A stretch of 64,000 bases of DNA, taken from assembly GCA_031316255.1 (NCBI GenBank), contig JALDQW010000001.1, forward strand, positions 1,767,485 through 1,831,484, written 5' to 3'. The stretch comes from Nitrosomonas sp. (lineage in GTDB: Bacteria; Pseudomonadota; Gammaproteobacteria; Burkholderiales; Nitrosomonadaceae). The position numbers and the translations under genes are program-made. The notes below the pieces were generated by a model. The model was not told the DNA's origin and did no database searches. It saw only the letters and a program-made list of their open reading frames with translations. Below are positions 1 to 10,630 of the stretch, in pieces. How positions within the stretch are numbered: the stretch's first letter is position 1; the number at the start of each line of letters is the position of its first letter.

Positions 1-172
1 GCATGCGGGTTTCTGGATCGATACTTACTTCAATATCATAATCGATTGAACTGGCATGATCCCTGGCACTACCGGGTATCGGCTGGGCCTGGGCCGAAAC
101 CGGAGTTGAATTGAGCATGCAGAGAAACAAAAAGCAAAAGAAAAACCGGTTGTGTTTAATCATCTGTTGCAT
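1..172 (-). CDS. 5' part of a secreted protein, probably an M1-family aminopeptidase (runs off the window)
   Basis: Manual translation: MQQMIKHNRFFFCFLFLCMLNSTPVSAQAQPIPGSARDHASSIDYDIEVSIDPETRM. Signal peptide followed by a YDIEVSIDP strand like M1 peptidase N-termini; lies downstream of chaN on the same strand. Confidence 0.5.
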   Translation of the reverse strand, partial: MQQMIKHNRFFFCFLFLCMLNSTPVSAQAQPIPGSARDHASSIDYDIEVSIDPETRM

Positions 173-246
173 GGGTTGTATCAGTGGTTTGAGTATAATC
201 CGGAGAAAACAAAAACCGCCATGATTGAGTCACGGCAGTTGCCTGT

Positions 247-1524
247 TCAGGGTTTTATCGCCGGAAACCTGGCAATGATCTCCATTTCCCGGTCATTGCG
301 CTTCACGCTCAGCGGCAGCCAAGTGCCCGGCGCATGGCGTTTGACGATATTGATAACGTCATCGGTCGTCTGCAGCGTTACGCCCGCCATTTCCAGTATC
401 ACATCGGCATCCTGCAGGCCCGAAGCCTCGGCGATGCTGCCCTTTTCCACCTGCAGCACCAGCGCGCCGCCACGCGCCATTTCGAAACGGATGCCGAGAC
501 GTTGATATTTCGGCTCGGTGAACGGATCGGAAATATGCGGCAAAACGCCAAACACGGCATCGGCGACACCAGTCACGAGCTGTTTGCAGGATTTATTGGT
601 ATCCCACGGCAACAATGTGGCGATATCCTTGATACCGAGATCGTGGAGCTGGTGCGGAACGCCATAACCATGCACCACATGGCCTGAACCCATTACACCG
701 ACAACCAGCGGTTTTTTCCCGTTTTCCGCAGTGACCAATACCTGATGCAGGACCTGCGCCATTGCGCGGTCCCAAAGCTGCTGGCCAGCATAAAAGCGCC
801 TGAAATCGGGGTCGTCAAAGCCGATTTCACCGGCTTTTTTATCCTTGCGGTCATGCTGCTTGTAGATTGGCATGAGGAAATCAAGATATGCCTGACTGGG
901 TTCCGCAGGACGCGTCAGGCCTTCCCGTTGTTCAACAGGTACACCATGAAATCCTTTCTCGGAAACAAGATGACGCAATCGCGGCTCGATATTCAAGGCC
1001 ACCATCGGAATACGATTCATGCGTGCAAAGTGAAACAGCGGCAGATAGAGTTCAGGGTCGGTATTCCAGACCCTGTCCCATTCGGATGCCGCCAGAAATG
1101 CTTTTTCATCCAGCTCGCCCGCGACCCATTGATCCAGCACCGGCTGCACGCGGCGCGGAAACATTTCGAACCCGATGACCATATCCGGACGTACGGCATG
1201 CATTGCCGCAAGCACCTGCAACTGCCAGCGGTGATGATCCGCATTGACATGGGTTTCACCGAGCAGCACCACTGAATGCCCGACCGCGCGGTCAATCACA
1301 TCTGCGTAAGCAGCCTGACCGGCACCCGGTATAATCCAGCTGCCCAGCGGCACGCAATTTGTCTGCGCGGGTTTATGACCTGGCTTGACGGTGGATTCAA
1401 TCGCCGGACTCGCCTGAACAACAGCCAAATTCGAGGCAAAACAGATTGCCGCCAAACTCCGTGTAGCTTGTGTGGTCAGGCTGTTTACAAATCGTTTTAT
1501 TTTCATAGTTAATATTTTTATCAT
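247..1524 (-). CDS. ChaN family (Tiki/EreA superfamily) exported protein with a C-terminal PDZ domain
   Basis: VVLLGETH..HHRWQLQVL, IGFEMF and QLWDRAMA motifs; C-terminal LGIRFE...VEKGSIAEASGLQDADVI (PDZ). ATG at 1524 overlaps the purL stop (TAATG). Confidence 0.8.
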   Translation of the reverse strand: MIKILTMKIKRFVNSLTTQATRSLAAICFASNLAVVQASPAIESTVKPGHKPAQTNCVPLGSWIIPGAGQAAYADVIDRAVGHSVVLLGETHVNADHHRWQLQVLAAMHAVRPDMVIGFEMFPRRVQPVLDQWVAGELDEKAFLAASEWDRVWNTDPELYLPLFHFARMNRIPMVALNIEPRLRHLVSEKGFHGVPVEQREGLTRPAEPSQAYLDFLMPIYKQHDRKDKKAGEIGFDDPDFRRFYAGQQLWDRAMAQVLHQVLVTAENGKKPLVVGVMGSGHVVHGYGVPHQLHDLGIKDIATLLPWDTNKSCKQLVTGVADAVFGVLPHISDPFTEPKYQRLGIRFEMARGGALVLQVEKGSIAEASGLQDADVILEMAGVTLQTTDDVINIVKRHAPGTWLPLSVKRNDREMEIIARFPAIKP

Positions 1525-4500
1525 TATCCTATCCATTTGCGGGCATTTCTGAAAAGACGTATCCAGGGCGCGTCTTCACGTGTCTTTGTCCGAACGCGCC
1601 GGCCCGAATCGCTTGATTCGGGGGGGTACCACGAATGCTGCGCAATGCGGAAAACGCGTTCCGGATGCGGCATCAATATATTGAACCGTCCATCCGGCGT
1701 TGTCATGCCGGTAATCCCGTGCGGCGAACCGTTCGGATTACCCGGATAGGTTTCAGTAACCTGTCCCCGGTTGTCGACATAACGCAAAGTAACCAGCGCA
1801 CTGCTCTCCGCCAGCTTCTGGCTGCCGAAATCCGTGCGCCCTTCGCCATGCGCCACAGTAATCGGCATACGGCTGCCGGTCATGCCTTCAAACAGTATCG
1901 ATGGACTTCCCTGTACTTCTACCATGACAAAGCGCGCTTCAAATTGTTCCGAAAGATTACGCACAAAGCGCGGCCAGTGTTCAGCACCAGGAATGATTTC
2001 GCGCAGATTGCTCATCATCTGGCAACCGTTACAGACGCCCAGTGCAAACGTGTCTGTACGCTGAAAGAACGCCTCAAACGCATCGCGTGCGCGCGAATTG
2101 AACAAAATCGACTTCGCCCATCCTTCACCGGCGCCAAGCACATCGCCGTAAGAAAAACCACCGCACGCAGCGATGCCTTTAAAGTCGTTGAGCGTTACCT
2201 TTCCGCTAATGATATCGCTCATATGCACATCGATCGCCGAAAACCCCGCGCGGTCGAATGCAGCCGCCATTTCCACATGACCATTGACACCCTGTTCGCG
2301 CAGAATCGCGATGCCCGGACGGGAACGAGCACGCAGAAATGGCGTGGCAGGATTATCTTCTGTATCGAAACCAAGCGTAACATGCAACCCCGGATCATTG
2401 TCATCCAGAATGCGCTCATATTCCTGCCGGGCGCAGGCCGGATTGTCTCGCAGCGCTTGCAACTGATAGGACGTTTCCGACCAGGCGCGTTGCAGGTCAA
2501 CGCGTGTTTCAGCCAGAACAGGCTTGTTGTTGCGCATCAGGCGCAGTTCGTCCGCCGCATTGAGCTGTCCGATGATAAAACTCGTGTCGCGCAAACCGGC
2601 TTCAGCCAGTGTGTTCATAACGAACGTACGCTTCCGGACCTCGATCTGTAGGACTGCGCCCAATTCTTCATTAAACAATACCGCGAATAACCGTTCCATT
2701 GAACGGCCGCTTAACTGCGCAGCGTGCAGTTCTGCCCCGTCGATATCGCTGGACATTGCATCGAAGCAGAGCTGATCCAGATTGACGGTAACTCCCACAT
2801 GACCGGCAAACATCATTTCGCATACGGCTGCGAACAATCCGCCATCCGAACGGTCATGATAAGCCAGTATTGCATCCGCTTTGTTGAGCTGCTGGATAAC
2901 GGTAAAAAATGCCTTGAGTTTTTCAGCGCCCGATTGCCCGTCGATATCCGGTGCTTCATTGCCGATCTGTTTATAGACCTGTGCCAGCGCCGATCCACCC
3001 ATGCGGTTTTTTCCACGTCCCAGGTCGATCAGGACAAGTTCAGTCTCGCCGCAATCGGTGCGCAACTGCGGCGTTAACGTGCGCTGGACATCGCTGACTC
3101 TGGAAAAAGCCGATATGATTAACGACACTGGCGCCGTGACTGCCTTGCCGATTCTTTCGCCGGTTTGTTCGTCATTTTCCTGCCAGGTTGTTTTCATCGA
3201 CATGGAATCTTTGCCCACCGGAATGCTGATACCCAATTGCGGACACAGTTCCATGCCAACGGCATGCACCGCGTCAAACAAACCGGCATCTTCTCCAGGA
3301 TGTCCGGCTGCGGCCATCCAGTTGGCGGACAACTTGACATCACCGAGTTGCTGAATAGCGGCCGCGGCAATATTGGTAATTGCTTCGCCAACCGCCATGC
3401 GCGCCGCTGCGGCGGAATCGATCAGCGCCAGCGGTGTGCGCTCGCCGATGGAGAAAGCTTCGCCGAAATAGGTCTGGTACCCCATCATGGTAACCGCCAC
3501 ATCGGCAACCGGTATTTGCCACGGACCAACCATCTGGTCGCGCGCTGTCATGCCGCCCACGCTGCGATCGCCAATACTGATCAGAAAGGTTTTATCTGCT
3601 ACCGCTGGTAATCGCAATAGCCTGTAGACTGCATCTTTTAAATCAATTGTATGGATATCCAGAGCCGGCAATAATTGACTGCGATGCTCAACTTGCCGCG
3701 TCATTTTGGGCGGCTTGCCGAGCAATACCGACAGCGCCATATCGACCGGGGGCGCTGCGGATGCGTAGTCTTCATCGGCAACAACAAGTCGGTCTTCCGC
3801 TGTTGCTTCCCCGACAACGGCAAAGGGACAGCGTTCGCGCGCGCAGATTTCCCGGAATAATGCAAGCGACTCGGGACGGATGGCCAGCACATAGCGTTCC
3901 TGCGCCTCATTGCTCCAGATCTGCATCGGCGACATGCCCGGCTCTTCAGAAGGTACAGCACGCAGATTGACTCGCCCGCCGCGGCCCGAATCATGAACCA
4001 GTTCGGGAAAGGCATTCGACAAGCCGCCCGCGCCAACATCGTGAATAAACAAAATGGGGTTTTCCGCTCCGCTGCGTTCCATTTGCCAGCACCGGTCGAT
4101 GACTTCCTGCGCACGGCGTTGCATTTCCGGATTGCCGCGCTGAACCGAATCAAAATCGAGTGCTTCCACATTCACTCCGGTATCCATACTTGAAGCCGCA
4201 CCGCCACCAAGTCCAATCAACATACCGGGCCCACCCAGTTGAATCAACAGTGAACCGGCCGGAAATTTCTCTTTACGGATATGGTTTGCAGCGATTTGTC
4301 CGATCCCACCGGCGAGCATGATCGGTTTGTGGTAACCGCGCATTTCTCCGGCGACATTTTCCTCATAGGTTCGGAAATAACCCGCCAGATTCGGACGGCC
4401 AAATTCATTATTAAACGCAGCCCCTCCGATAGGACCTTCGAGCATAATCTGCAGGGCGGATGCAATACGAGCGGGCTTGCCATAGGTGGCTTGTTGATCG

Positions 4501-5558
4501 GCATCGCTGTATTCCCAGGGTTGCCTGAAATCCGGAATATTCAGATTGGATACCGAAAATCCGGTCAGTCCGGCCTTCGGCTTGGCGCCGCGGCCGGTAG
4601 CACCTTCATCGCGTATTTCGCCGCCGACACCGGTAGCAGCGCCCGGAAACGGTGAAATCGCGGTCGGATGATTATGTGTTTCCACCTTCATGAGCCAATG
4701 CGTCTGCTCCTGTTGATACGAATAAACATTATTTCTTCCAGGATAAAAACGCGCAATTTTGGCACCTTCAACAATACTCGCATTATCCGCATAGGCGACG
4801 AGCGTGCCTTGCGGATTGTGTCTGTGCGTATTGCGAATCATGGCAAAAAGCGACTGGTTTTGCGCCTGACCGTCGATAATCCAGCTGGCATTGAAAATTT
4901 TGTGGCGGCAGTGTTCGGAATTTGCCTGTGCAAACATCATGAGTTCCACATCCGTCGGATTGCGTCCGGCCTGTTTGAAATGATAGGCAAGATAATCGAT
5001 TTCATCTGCCGATAATGCCAGCCCCATTTCGGTATTGGCTTTTTCCAGCGCCTGCGGACCATCCGATTGAAGATCGATAATTCTCAATGGCTGCGGCGCA
5101 AAATGATGGAACAGCCGCTCCGCCGCGTCAAATGACTGCACAACCGTCTCAGTCATGCGATCATGCAATACTGACTGTAACGCTTGCTGCTGCTCGGCAG
5201 AAAGCGGCAGATCCGTTTTAAACGTGTAGGCAATCCCGCGTTCAATACGCTCAATGACATTCAGTCCACAGTGGCGGGCAATATCCGTCGCCTTGCTGGA
5301 CCAGGGTGAAATTGTTCCGGGACGTGGAATAACGAGAAAAAACATCGCGCCCGTATCCACTGAATTTTGCGGCGGACAACTATTCAACAGTTTTTCGAGT
5401 ACTGTCGTTTCTTGATCGGTCAATGGCTGGCTGACTGCACAGAAATACCAATATTCTGTGTAAATATGAGACACTTGTATCTTTATTGCGCTAAGCGCGT
5501 TCGCCAGCTTGTCCAGCCTGAAAGAGGAAAACGCGTTGCCGCCGCAGAATCTAAGCAT
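1524..5558 (-). CDS. purL: phosphoribosylformylglycinamidine synthase (large fused type)
   Basis: [41 protein letters not shown] and MPHPER motifs. Start re-assigned to MLRFCGG at 5558. Confidence 0.98.
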   Translation of the reverse strand: MLRFCGGNAFSSFRLDKLANALSAIKIQVSHIYTEYWYFCAVSQPLTDQETTVLEKLLNSCPPQNSVDTGAMFFLVIPRPGTISPWSSKATDIARHCGLNVIERIERGIAYTFKTDLPLSAEQQQALQSVLHDRMTETVVQSFDAAERLFHHFAPQPLRIIDLQSDGPQALEKANTEMGLALSADEIDYLAYHFKQAGRNPTDVELMMFAQANSEHCRHKIFNASWIIDGQAQNQSLFAMIRNTHRHNPQGTLVAYADNASIVEGAKIARFYPGRNNVYSYQQEQTHWLMKVETHNHPTAISPFPGAATGVGGEIRDEGATGRGAKPKAGLTGFSVSNLNIPDFRQPWEYSDADQQATYGKPARIASALQIMLEGPIGGAAFNNEFGRPNLAGYFRTYEENVAGEMRGYHKPIMLAGGIGQIAANHIRKEKFPAGSLLIQLGGPGMLIGLGGGAASSMDTGVNVEALDFDSVQRGNPEMQRRAQEVIDRCWQMERSGAENPILFIHDVGAGGLSNAFPELVHDSGRGGRVNLRAVPSEEPGMSPMQIWSNEAQERYVLAIRPESLALFREICARERCPFAVVGEATAEDRLVVADEDYASAAPPVDMALSVLLGKPPKMTRQVEHRSQLLPALDIHTIDLKDAVYRLLRLPAVADKTFLISIGDRSVGGMTARDQMVGPWQIPVADVAVTMMGYQTYFGEAFSIGERTPLALIDSAAAARMAVGEAITNIAAAAIQQLGDVKLSANWMAAAGHPGEDAGLFDAVHAVGMELCPQLGISIPVGKDSMSMKTTWQENDEQTGERIGKAVTAPVSLIISAFSRVSDVQRTLTPQLRTDCGETELVLIDLGRGKNRMGGSALAQVYKQIGNEAPDIDGQSGAEKLKAFFTVIQQLNKADAILAYHDRSDGGLFAAVCEMMFAGHVGVTVNLDQLCFDAMSSDIDGAELHAAQLSGRSMERLFAVLFNEELGAVLQIEVRKRTFVMNTLAEAGLRDTSFIIGQLNAADELRLMRNNKPVLAETRVDLQRAWSETSYQLQALRDNPACARQEYERILDDNDPGLHVTLGFDTEDNPATPFLRARSRPGIAILREQGVNGHVEMAAAFDRAGFSAIDVHMSDIISGKVTLNDFKGIAACGGFSYGDVLGAGEGWAKSILFNSRARDAFEAFFQRTDTFALGVCNGCQMMSNLREIIPGAEHWPRFVRNLSEQFEARFVMVEVQGSPSILFEGMTGSRMPITVAHGEGRTDFGSQKLAESSALVTLRYVDNRGQVTETYPGNPNGSPHGITGMTTPDGRFNILMPHPERVFRIAQHSWYPPESSDSGRRVRTKTREDAPWIRLFRNARKWIG

Positions 5559-5632
5559 CGGTAAAAATATCATGATCAAAAATGCCATTTTACACGAGAA
5601 ACAAGTTATTCCGTTCACACCGCACAGTCCAG

Positions 5633-7144
5633 ATGATGAATACACGCGATCCGGTTTTTCTAACCGAAGAAATACGAAAAATTGAACAGACGGCATTTGC
5701 CCAGCCTAATCCGCCTGATTTAATGGAGAAAGCAGGCCGCGCAGCAGCTGAAGTTGCCAGAGAAAGATTCGCCAGCACCATGGAAAGTGCCATGCGCGTT
5801 CTGGTTTTGGCCGGTCCCGGCAACAATGGCGGCGATGCTTTTGTCGCGGCACGCTATCTGAAGCAATGGCACCATGCTGTCACAGTCGTTTTTTGTGCAG
5901 ATTCAGATCGCCTGCCAACGGATGCCAAAAAGGCCAGACTCGCCTGGCTGGATAATCTGGGAGAAATCCAGCCGGACATGCCGGATAACGAAAACTGGGA
6001 TCTGGTTATCGACGGCATATTCGGTATCGGATTGAAACGGGACCGGCCGCTTGCTGGTCAGTATCTGGATTGGATTAACACCGTCAACACACTGCAGTGT
6101 CCCGTGCTGTCGCTTGATATCCCTTCCGGACTCAGCAGCGATAATGGCGATATTTATGGCGCGGCTATCAACGCTACGGTTACCGTTACTTTTATTGGAT
6201 TTAAACCCGGCATTCTGACCCAGTACGGGCCACAGTGTTGCGGTGAAATCATTGTTTGCGGTCTCGATCTTGACGCGGCATCCATACAACCACCCCGGGC
6301 GTGGGTTATCAACCGGAAACTGGTTGATTCTGTACTGTTGCCGCCGCGCCCGGCCAACAGCCACAAAGGCAGCTTTGGCAACGTCGCCATTCTGGGCGGC
6401 AATTCCGGCATGATTGGCGCGGCCTTGCTGGCTGGACGGGCAGCGTTATATCTTGGCGCCGGACGGGTTTATCTGGGCATGCTGGTTGTATCTGCACCCG
6501 AAATCGATCTGCTGCATCCGGAATTAATGCTGCGCTCGCCATCGGAATTATTCGAATTAAGCACAGTTCATTGCCTGATTGCCGGTCCGGGAATGGCCAT
6601 GAACGAATCAACCTATGGCTGGGTGGAACGTGCGCTTGACAGCGATTTCTCCCTGGTTCTGGATGCCGACGCGCTTAACCATATTGCCTTTCACAGCGAA
6701 TTGGCCAGAAAACTCAAACAACGCGATGTCCCCACCGTGCTGACTCCGCACCCCGCTGAAGCAGCGCGCTTATTGGACACGAATGTGTCGACTGTACAAA
6801 GTAATCGCATCGATGCCGCATCAAAACTATCGGAAAAATTCAATTGCCTGATCGTACTTAAAGGCGCAGGCAGTATCTGTGCGACGCCGGACGGCACATG
6901 TTTTTTTAACACCAGCGGTAATCCGGGTCTGAGCAGCGCCGGGACAGGTGATGTTCTTGCTGGCATGATCGGCGCATTGATTGCGCAGGGACAAAAGCCG
7001 CAAGATGCACTGCTGCTGGCAGTCTATCTCCACGGCGCAGCGGCGGATGAATTGCTTAAACAACATCACGGGCCTGTCGGAATGACGGCATCAGAAATCA
7101 TTTCTGCTGCACGATTGCTGCTGAATACATGGATTTACGAATGA
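5633..7144 (+). CDS. nnr: bifunctional NAD(P)H-hydrate epimerase/dehydratase (YjeF)
   Basis: [36 protein letters not shown] and GTGDVLAG motifs; start set at MMNTRDP. Confidence 0.95.
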   Translation: MMNTRDPVFLTEEIRKIEQTAFAQPNPPDLMEKAGRAAAEVARERFASTMESAMRVLVLAGPGNNGGDAFVAARYLKQWHHAVTVVFCADSDRLPTDAKKARLAWLDNLGEIQPDMPDNENWDLVIDGIFGIGLKRDRPLAGQYLDWINTVNTLQCPVLSLDIPSGLSSDNGDIYGAAINATVTVTFIGFKPGILTQYGPQCCGEIIVCGLDLDAASIQPPRAWVINRKLVDSVLLPPRPANSHKGSFGNVAILGGNSGMIGAALLAGRAALYLGAGRVYLGMLVVSAPEIDLLHPELMLRSPSELFELSTVHCLIAGPGMAMNESTYGWVERALDSDFSLVLDADALNHIAFHSELARKLKQRDVPTVLTPHPAEAARLLDTNVSTVQSNRIDAASKLSEKFNCLIVLKGAGSICATPDGTCFFNTSGNPGLSSAGTGDVLAGMIGALIAQGQKPQDALLLAVYLHGAAADELLKQHHGPVGMTASEIISAARLLLNTWIYE

Positions 7145-7296
7145 GAAAGGATACTTCTTTGAAAACGCTATCACCATTTATTCATGGAAAAAACATCCAA
7201 GCTCGCCACAAAGCCCGCATCCAGCATGGCTAATGCCGTTTGACTGGCAGGCCGGCATTTCTTGCTCACGCGGACAAACAATACACTGCCCTACGG

Positions 7297-8656
7297 TGTA
7301 GAGAACAAATAAACTGTCCGGGTATGTAGCAAATGATTTGTCCGGATTATCTTAGTCCCAGGAGGGACAAGGATGAAACGGACAGAATGGCTACAGGAGA
7401 CACGGAAGATGAGATTTGAGGAAGCCTATGGGAATTATAAAAGTGGGAGTATCACGCAAGACGAAGCAGCAAAGCTGCTTGGTGTATGTGATCGCACATT
7501 TCGGCGCTACATGAACAAATACGACGAAGGTGGTCTGGATGCGTTATTGGACAAGCGGCTGACCCAGGCATCGCACCGCTGTGCGCCAGTGGATGAAGTG
7601 ATGCGTTTAACGGAACAGTATCGCAACCGTTATTCTGGCTGGAATGCCAGGCATTTTCATGCATGGTATTGCAAGGACGGTGGCACACGCAGTTATACGT
7701 GGGTTAAGAGCCGGTTACAAGAAGCTGGGTTGATCAAACGTACATCAAAGCGTGGCGCGCATCGAAAACGTCGTGAACGCTCACCACTGACCGGAATGAT
7801 GATTCATCAGGATGGCAGCACCCATGAATGGGTAGCCAATCAGAAATGGGATTTAATCGTCACTATGGACGATGCAACCAGTGAACATTACTCGATGTTT
7901 TTTGTTCAGGAAGAAGGCACTGCCAGCAGCTTCAGAGGCGTTCAGGCGGTGATAGAGAAGCAAGGATTGTTCTGTTCCTTTTATTCAGACCGAGGCAGTC
8001 ACTACTGGCATACACCAGAGGCTGGTGGCAAAGTAGACAAACATAATCTTACGCAGTTTGGACAAGCCATGAAGCGGCTCGGAATTGAAATGATCGCGGC
8101 CTACTCGCCACAGGCGCGTGGACGCAGTGAGCGCATGTTCCGCACCCATCAAGAACGTTTACCCAAGGAACTGGCGCTGGCAGGCATCGCCGACATGGAA
8201 ACGGCAAACCGTTATCTGCAGGAAGTCTATATGCCTGCTTTTAACGATGAATTCAAGCAGCCTGCTGCGGTAGATGGATCAGCATTTGTACCCTGGATCG
8301 GTGGAGAAATTGAGGATTTCCTGTGCGAGCGTCATGAGCGTGTCGTGGGTCATGACAATTGCGTCAGCTTCAACAACTTGAAGCTGCAAATTCCTGCCAA
8401 TCAACATCGGTGTCATTACGTGAAGGCCAAGGTGACAGTACTGCGCTATCCCGACGGCAAGTTAGCGATCTTGCATGGGCCGCGGAAAATTGCCCAGTAC
8501 GATAAAGCAGGCCAGGAAATAAAACATGATGAAAAGCTGTTGCGTAAATCCGCCGCCACAGCTTCGCAATGAACATCGAGAGGAGTTCACTGCGTTTAAT
8601 TGCAAAGCGGACAGTTTATTTGCTATAAAACCGGACAATTCTATTTGTTGACAACA
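7297..8656 (+). mobile_element. insertion sequence, IS1202/ISNCY-type, 1360 bp
   Basis: Imperfect terminal inverted repeats TGTAGAGAACAAATAAACTGTCCGG (7297) and reverse complement TGTTGTCAACAAATAGAATTGTCCGG (8656), each with an internal repeated sub-site; they enclose a single transposase ORF. Confidence 0.85.
7373..8572 (+). CDS. DDE transposase (ISNCY/IS1202-type)
   Basis: N-terminal HTH (AAKLLGVCDRTFRRY); DDE core HQDGS, MDDAT, YSDRGSHY, PQARGRSERMF; RBS GGAGG. Confidence 0.92.
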   Translation: MKRTEWLQETRKMRFEEAYGNYKSGSITQDEAAKLLGVCDRTFRRYMNKYDEGGLDALLDKRLTQASHRCAPVDEVMRLTEQYRNRYSGWNARHFHAWYCKDGGTRSYTWVKSRLQEAGLIKRTSKRGAHRKRRERSPLTGMMIHQDGSTHEWVANQKWDLIVTMDDATSEHYSMFFVQEEGTASSFRGVQAVIEKQGLFCSFYSDRGSHYWHTPEAGGKVDKHNLTQFGQAMKRLGIEMIAAYSPQARGRSERMFRTHQERLPKELALAGIADMETANRYLQEVYMPAFNDEFKQPAAVDGSAFVPWIGGEIEDFLCERHERVVGHDNCVSFNNLKLQIPANQHRCHYVKAKVTVLRYPDGKLAILHGPRKIAQYDKAGQEIKHDEKLLRKSAATASQ

Positions 8657-8717
8657 AATCTCCTTAAATAGAGAACTTAAAAATTTTTTTTACGCTATTT
8701 CATACACAAGCAACCCG

Positions 8718-10016
8718 ATGACCGCAACAGAAACAAAACAGCATAACTACGCATTGTGGCTGATCATTACGATCACAGTATGGACAACCATTATTTTCAT
8801 GTCCATGTTATGGAATTATCAAAGTGCACAAAGGCAATCAGTCGAGTTGGCATCCAATGTGGCTCAGGCATACATTTACAGAGACATTGCACTGCGGCGC
8901 TGGGGTACTTCTCATGGCGGAGTTTATGTACCGAGAAGTAAACATGTTAAACCAAACCCACTGCTTTCTCACATTTCCGACCGGGATATCATTACCCCAT
9001 CAGGAAGAAAACTCACATTGATCAATCCTGTGCATATACTTACTCAGGTGATGAATGAATATAACGAATTACCTGTGCCCAAAAGTAAAGTAACCGCTTT
9101 TCCTGAGATTCTGCTTAATCCAGAGCAGAATATGCCCGATCAATGGGAATTGAGCGCACTGAACGCATTTAAGAACGGTGCGCTGAGCAAAAAAGAAGTC
9201 GTAAACATAGGCGACACCCCGCATCTTCGCTTGATGATTCCACTGTTCATAACAGCTGAATGCCTGCATTGTCACGCCAGTCAAAACTATAAGGAAGGCG
9301 ATCTTAGCGGTGCGCTGGGAGTTGCGGTTCCCATGACACCCTACTTAAATGCCAAGAAAGAATCTTTAAGCTATATCTATATGAGCTACGGATTTCTTTG
9401 GATTATCGGTATTTTTTCGTTAACTTACTTTTTTAGCAAAACCAGGCTTCACACTCAGCAACTCAAGCTTACACAGAACAAATTGCTCCAATTAAACCAG
9501 GAATTGGAAAATTTATCGTTTAAAGACGCACTGACTGATATTGCTAACAGACGTTCTTTCGACGACGCCCTAAGTCGGGAATGGAAACAGGCAAGACGAA
9601 ACCAGAAACCGCTTTCGTTAATTATGATCGATGTCGATTTTTTTAAAATTTATAACGATTTTTACGGTCACCAACAAGGTGACAACTGTCTGAAAACAGT
9701 CGCCAAAACGTTGGCGCTCGTAGCCAAACGCCCCAAAGACATGGTTGCCCGATGTGGTGGAGAAGAATTTGTGCTGTTATTACCAGAAACAGAATTAAAG
9801 GACGCGATTCAATTGGCTGAAGAATGCCGCGAAAGAATCCAGGCACTCAAATTGAAATTTGAATTATCCGAAATTTCGGATGTGGTCACAATTAGCCTGG
9901 GCGTATGCGCAATAACTCCCCAAAAAGATGACGTGTCCGGATTTCTGCTCAAGGCAGCGGACGAAGCGCTCTATAGTGCGAAGAAAATGGGACGCAACCG
10001 GGTAGAAAGCAGCTAA
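8718..10016 (+). CDS. membrane diguanylate cyclase with a periplasmic haem-c DUF3365 (Tll0287-like) domain
   Basis: Two TM segments flanking a domain with CLHCH; DALTDIANRR, RPKD I-site, GGEEF and AKKMGRNR. Confidence 0.9.
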   Translation: MTATETKQHNYALWLIITITVWTTIIFMSMLWNYQSAQRQSVELASNVAQAYIYRDIALRRWGTSHGGVYVPRSKHVKPNPLLSHISDRDIITPSGRKLTLINPVHILTQVMNEYNELPVPKSKVTAFPEILLNPEQNMPDQWELSALNAFKNGALSKKEVVNIGDTPHLRLMIPLFITAECLHCHASQNYKEGDLSGALGVAVPMTPYLNAKKESLSYIYMSYGFLWIIGIFSLTYFFSKTRLHTQQLKLTQNKLLQLNQELENLSFKDALTDIANRRSFDDALSREWKQARRNQKPLSLIMIDVDFFKIYNDFYGHQQGDNCLKTVAKTLALVAKRPKDMVARCGGEEFVLLLPETELKDAIQLAEECRERIQALKLKFELSEISDVVTISLGVCAITPQKDDVSGFLLKAADEALYSAKKMGRNRVESS

Positions 10017-10151
10017 ACCGCTAAATCGCTAAATCGCTTGCAATTGAAATGGCGGATTTTGTTTCAATCACGGATGGATGTATTGAATTGTTTTAGGCAC
10101 CAATCTGGTATGGATTAATTGACGGTGTATATTTCGCCTGTTTACTGAAAT

Positions 10152-10181
10152 AAAAAAACCGCCTCGACGGGCGGTTTTGTT
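10152..10181. terminator. rho-independent terminator, probably bidirectional
   Basis: Stem AAAACCGCC / GGCGGTTTT with a 6-nt loop and A7/T-rich flanks, between convergent genes. Confidence 0.75.
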
Positions 10182-10224
10182 TACCTCAATTAAAGAGGCC
10201 AGTTTTGGCTATTAAAGGCTACAA

Positions 10225-10422
10225 TTAGTGACCTGGTTTGCTGGTTCCGCCATAAGGACGTGGATCTACGCCTTCTGCCAGACAGTTACCATTACCATCA
10301 ATTCCGAATTCGCATTCTTGATCAACCAGATTTGGATCGCCCATATCTGCAGCGTCAAACAAGCTGCCGCAACCTGATAAAATAAGTGCAAGTAGTGCTG
10401 CGTATATAACTGAAAATTTCAT
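10225..10422 (-). CDS. small lipoprotein (65 aa)
   Basis: MKFSVIYAALLALILSG-C lipobox; RBS AGGAG; downstream terminator. Confidence 0.8.
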   Translation of the reverse strand: MKFSVIYAALLALILSGCGSLFDAADMGDPNLVDQECEFGIDGNGNCLAEGVDPRPYGGTSKPGH

Positions 10423-10630
10423 TGCATCTCCTAGTAATTATCGAATATTTATAAGTTATGTAAATAATTTATACAATCTATTGTTATTATTAATATCTAT
10501 ATCTTGATTTATAAAAAAACAGCCAGCTCAGAAGTATATACTGAAATAAACTAAACATACAAGAACGATGATTATTATCCCTTCCGAGCGGACAATTAAT
10601 TATTGCGATCATGGACGTAACAGTCTGATT

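Noticed and set aside
1635-2651. 338-aa plus-strand ORF and many other antisense or overlapping ORFs in the track
   Set aside because: Shadow frames of real genes (here purL); no recognisable motifs or RBS.
5559-5696. 46-aa N-terminal extension of purL in the ORF track
   Set aside because: It overlaps the divergent nnr gene and does not resemble PurL; homology begins at MLRFCGG (5558).
8648-8680. Outward hybrid promoter from the IS right end (perfect TTGACA)
   Set aside because: No credible -10 hexamer at 16-18 bp spacing (GAGAAC at N17).
10019-10038. CGCTAAAT x2.5 micro-repeat after the cyclase stop
   Set aside because: Too short and isolated to be meaningful.
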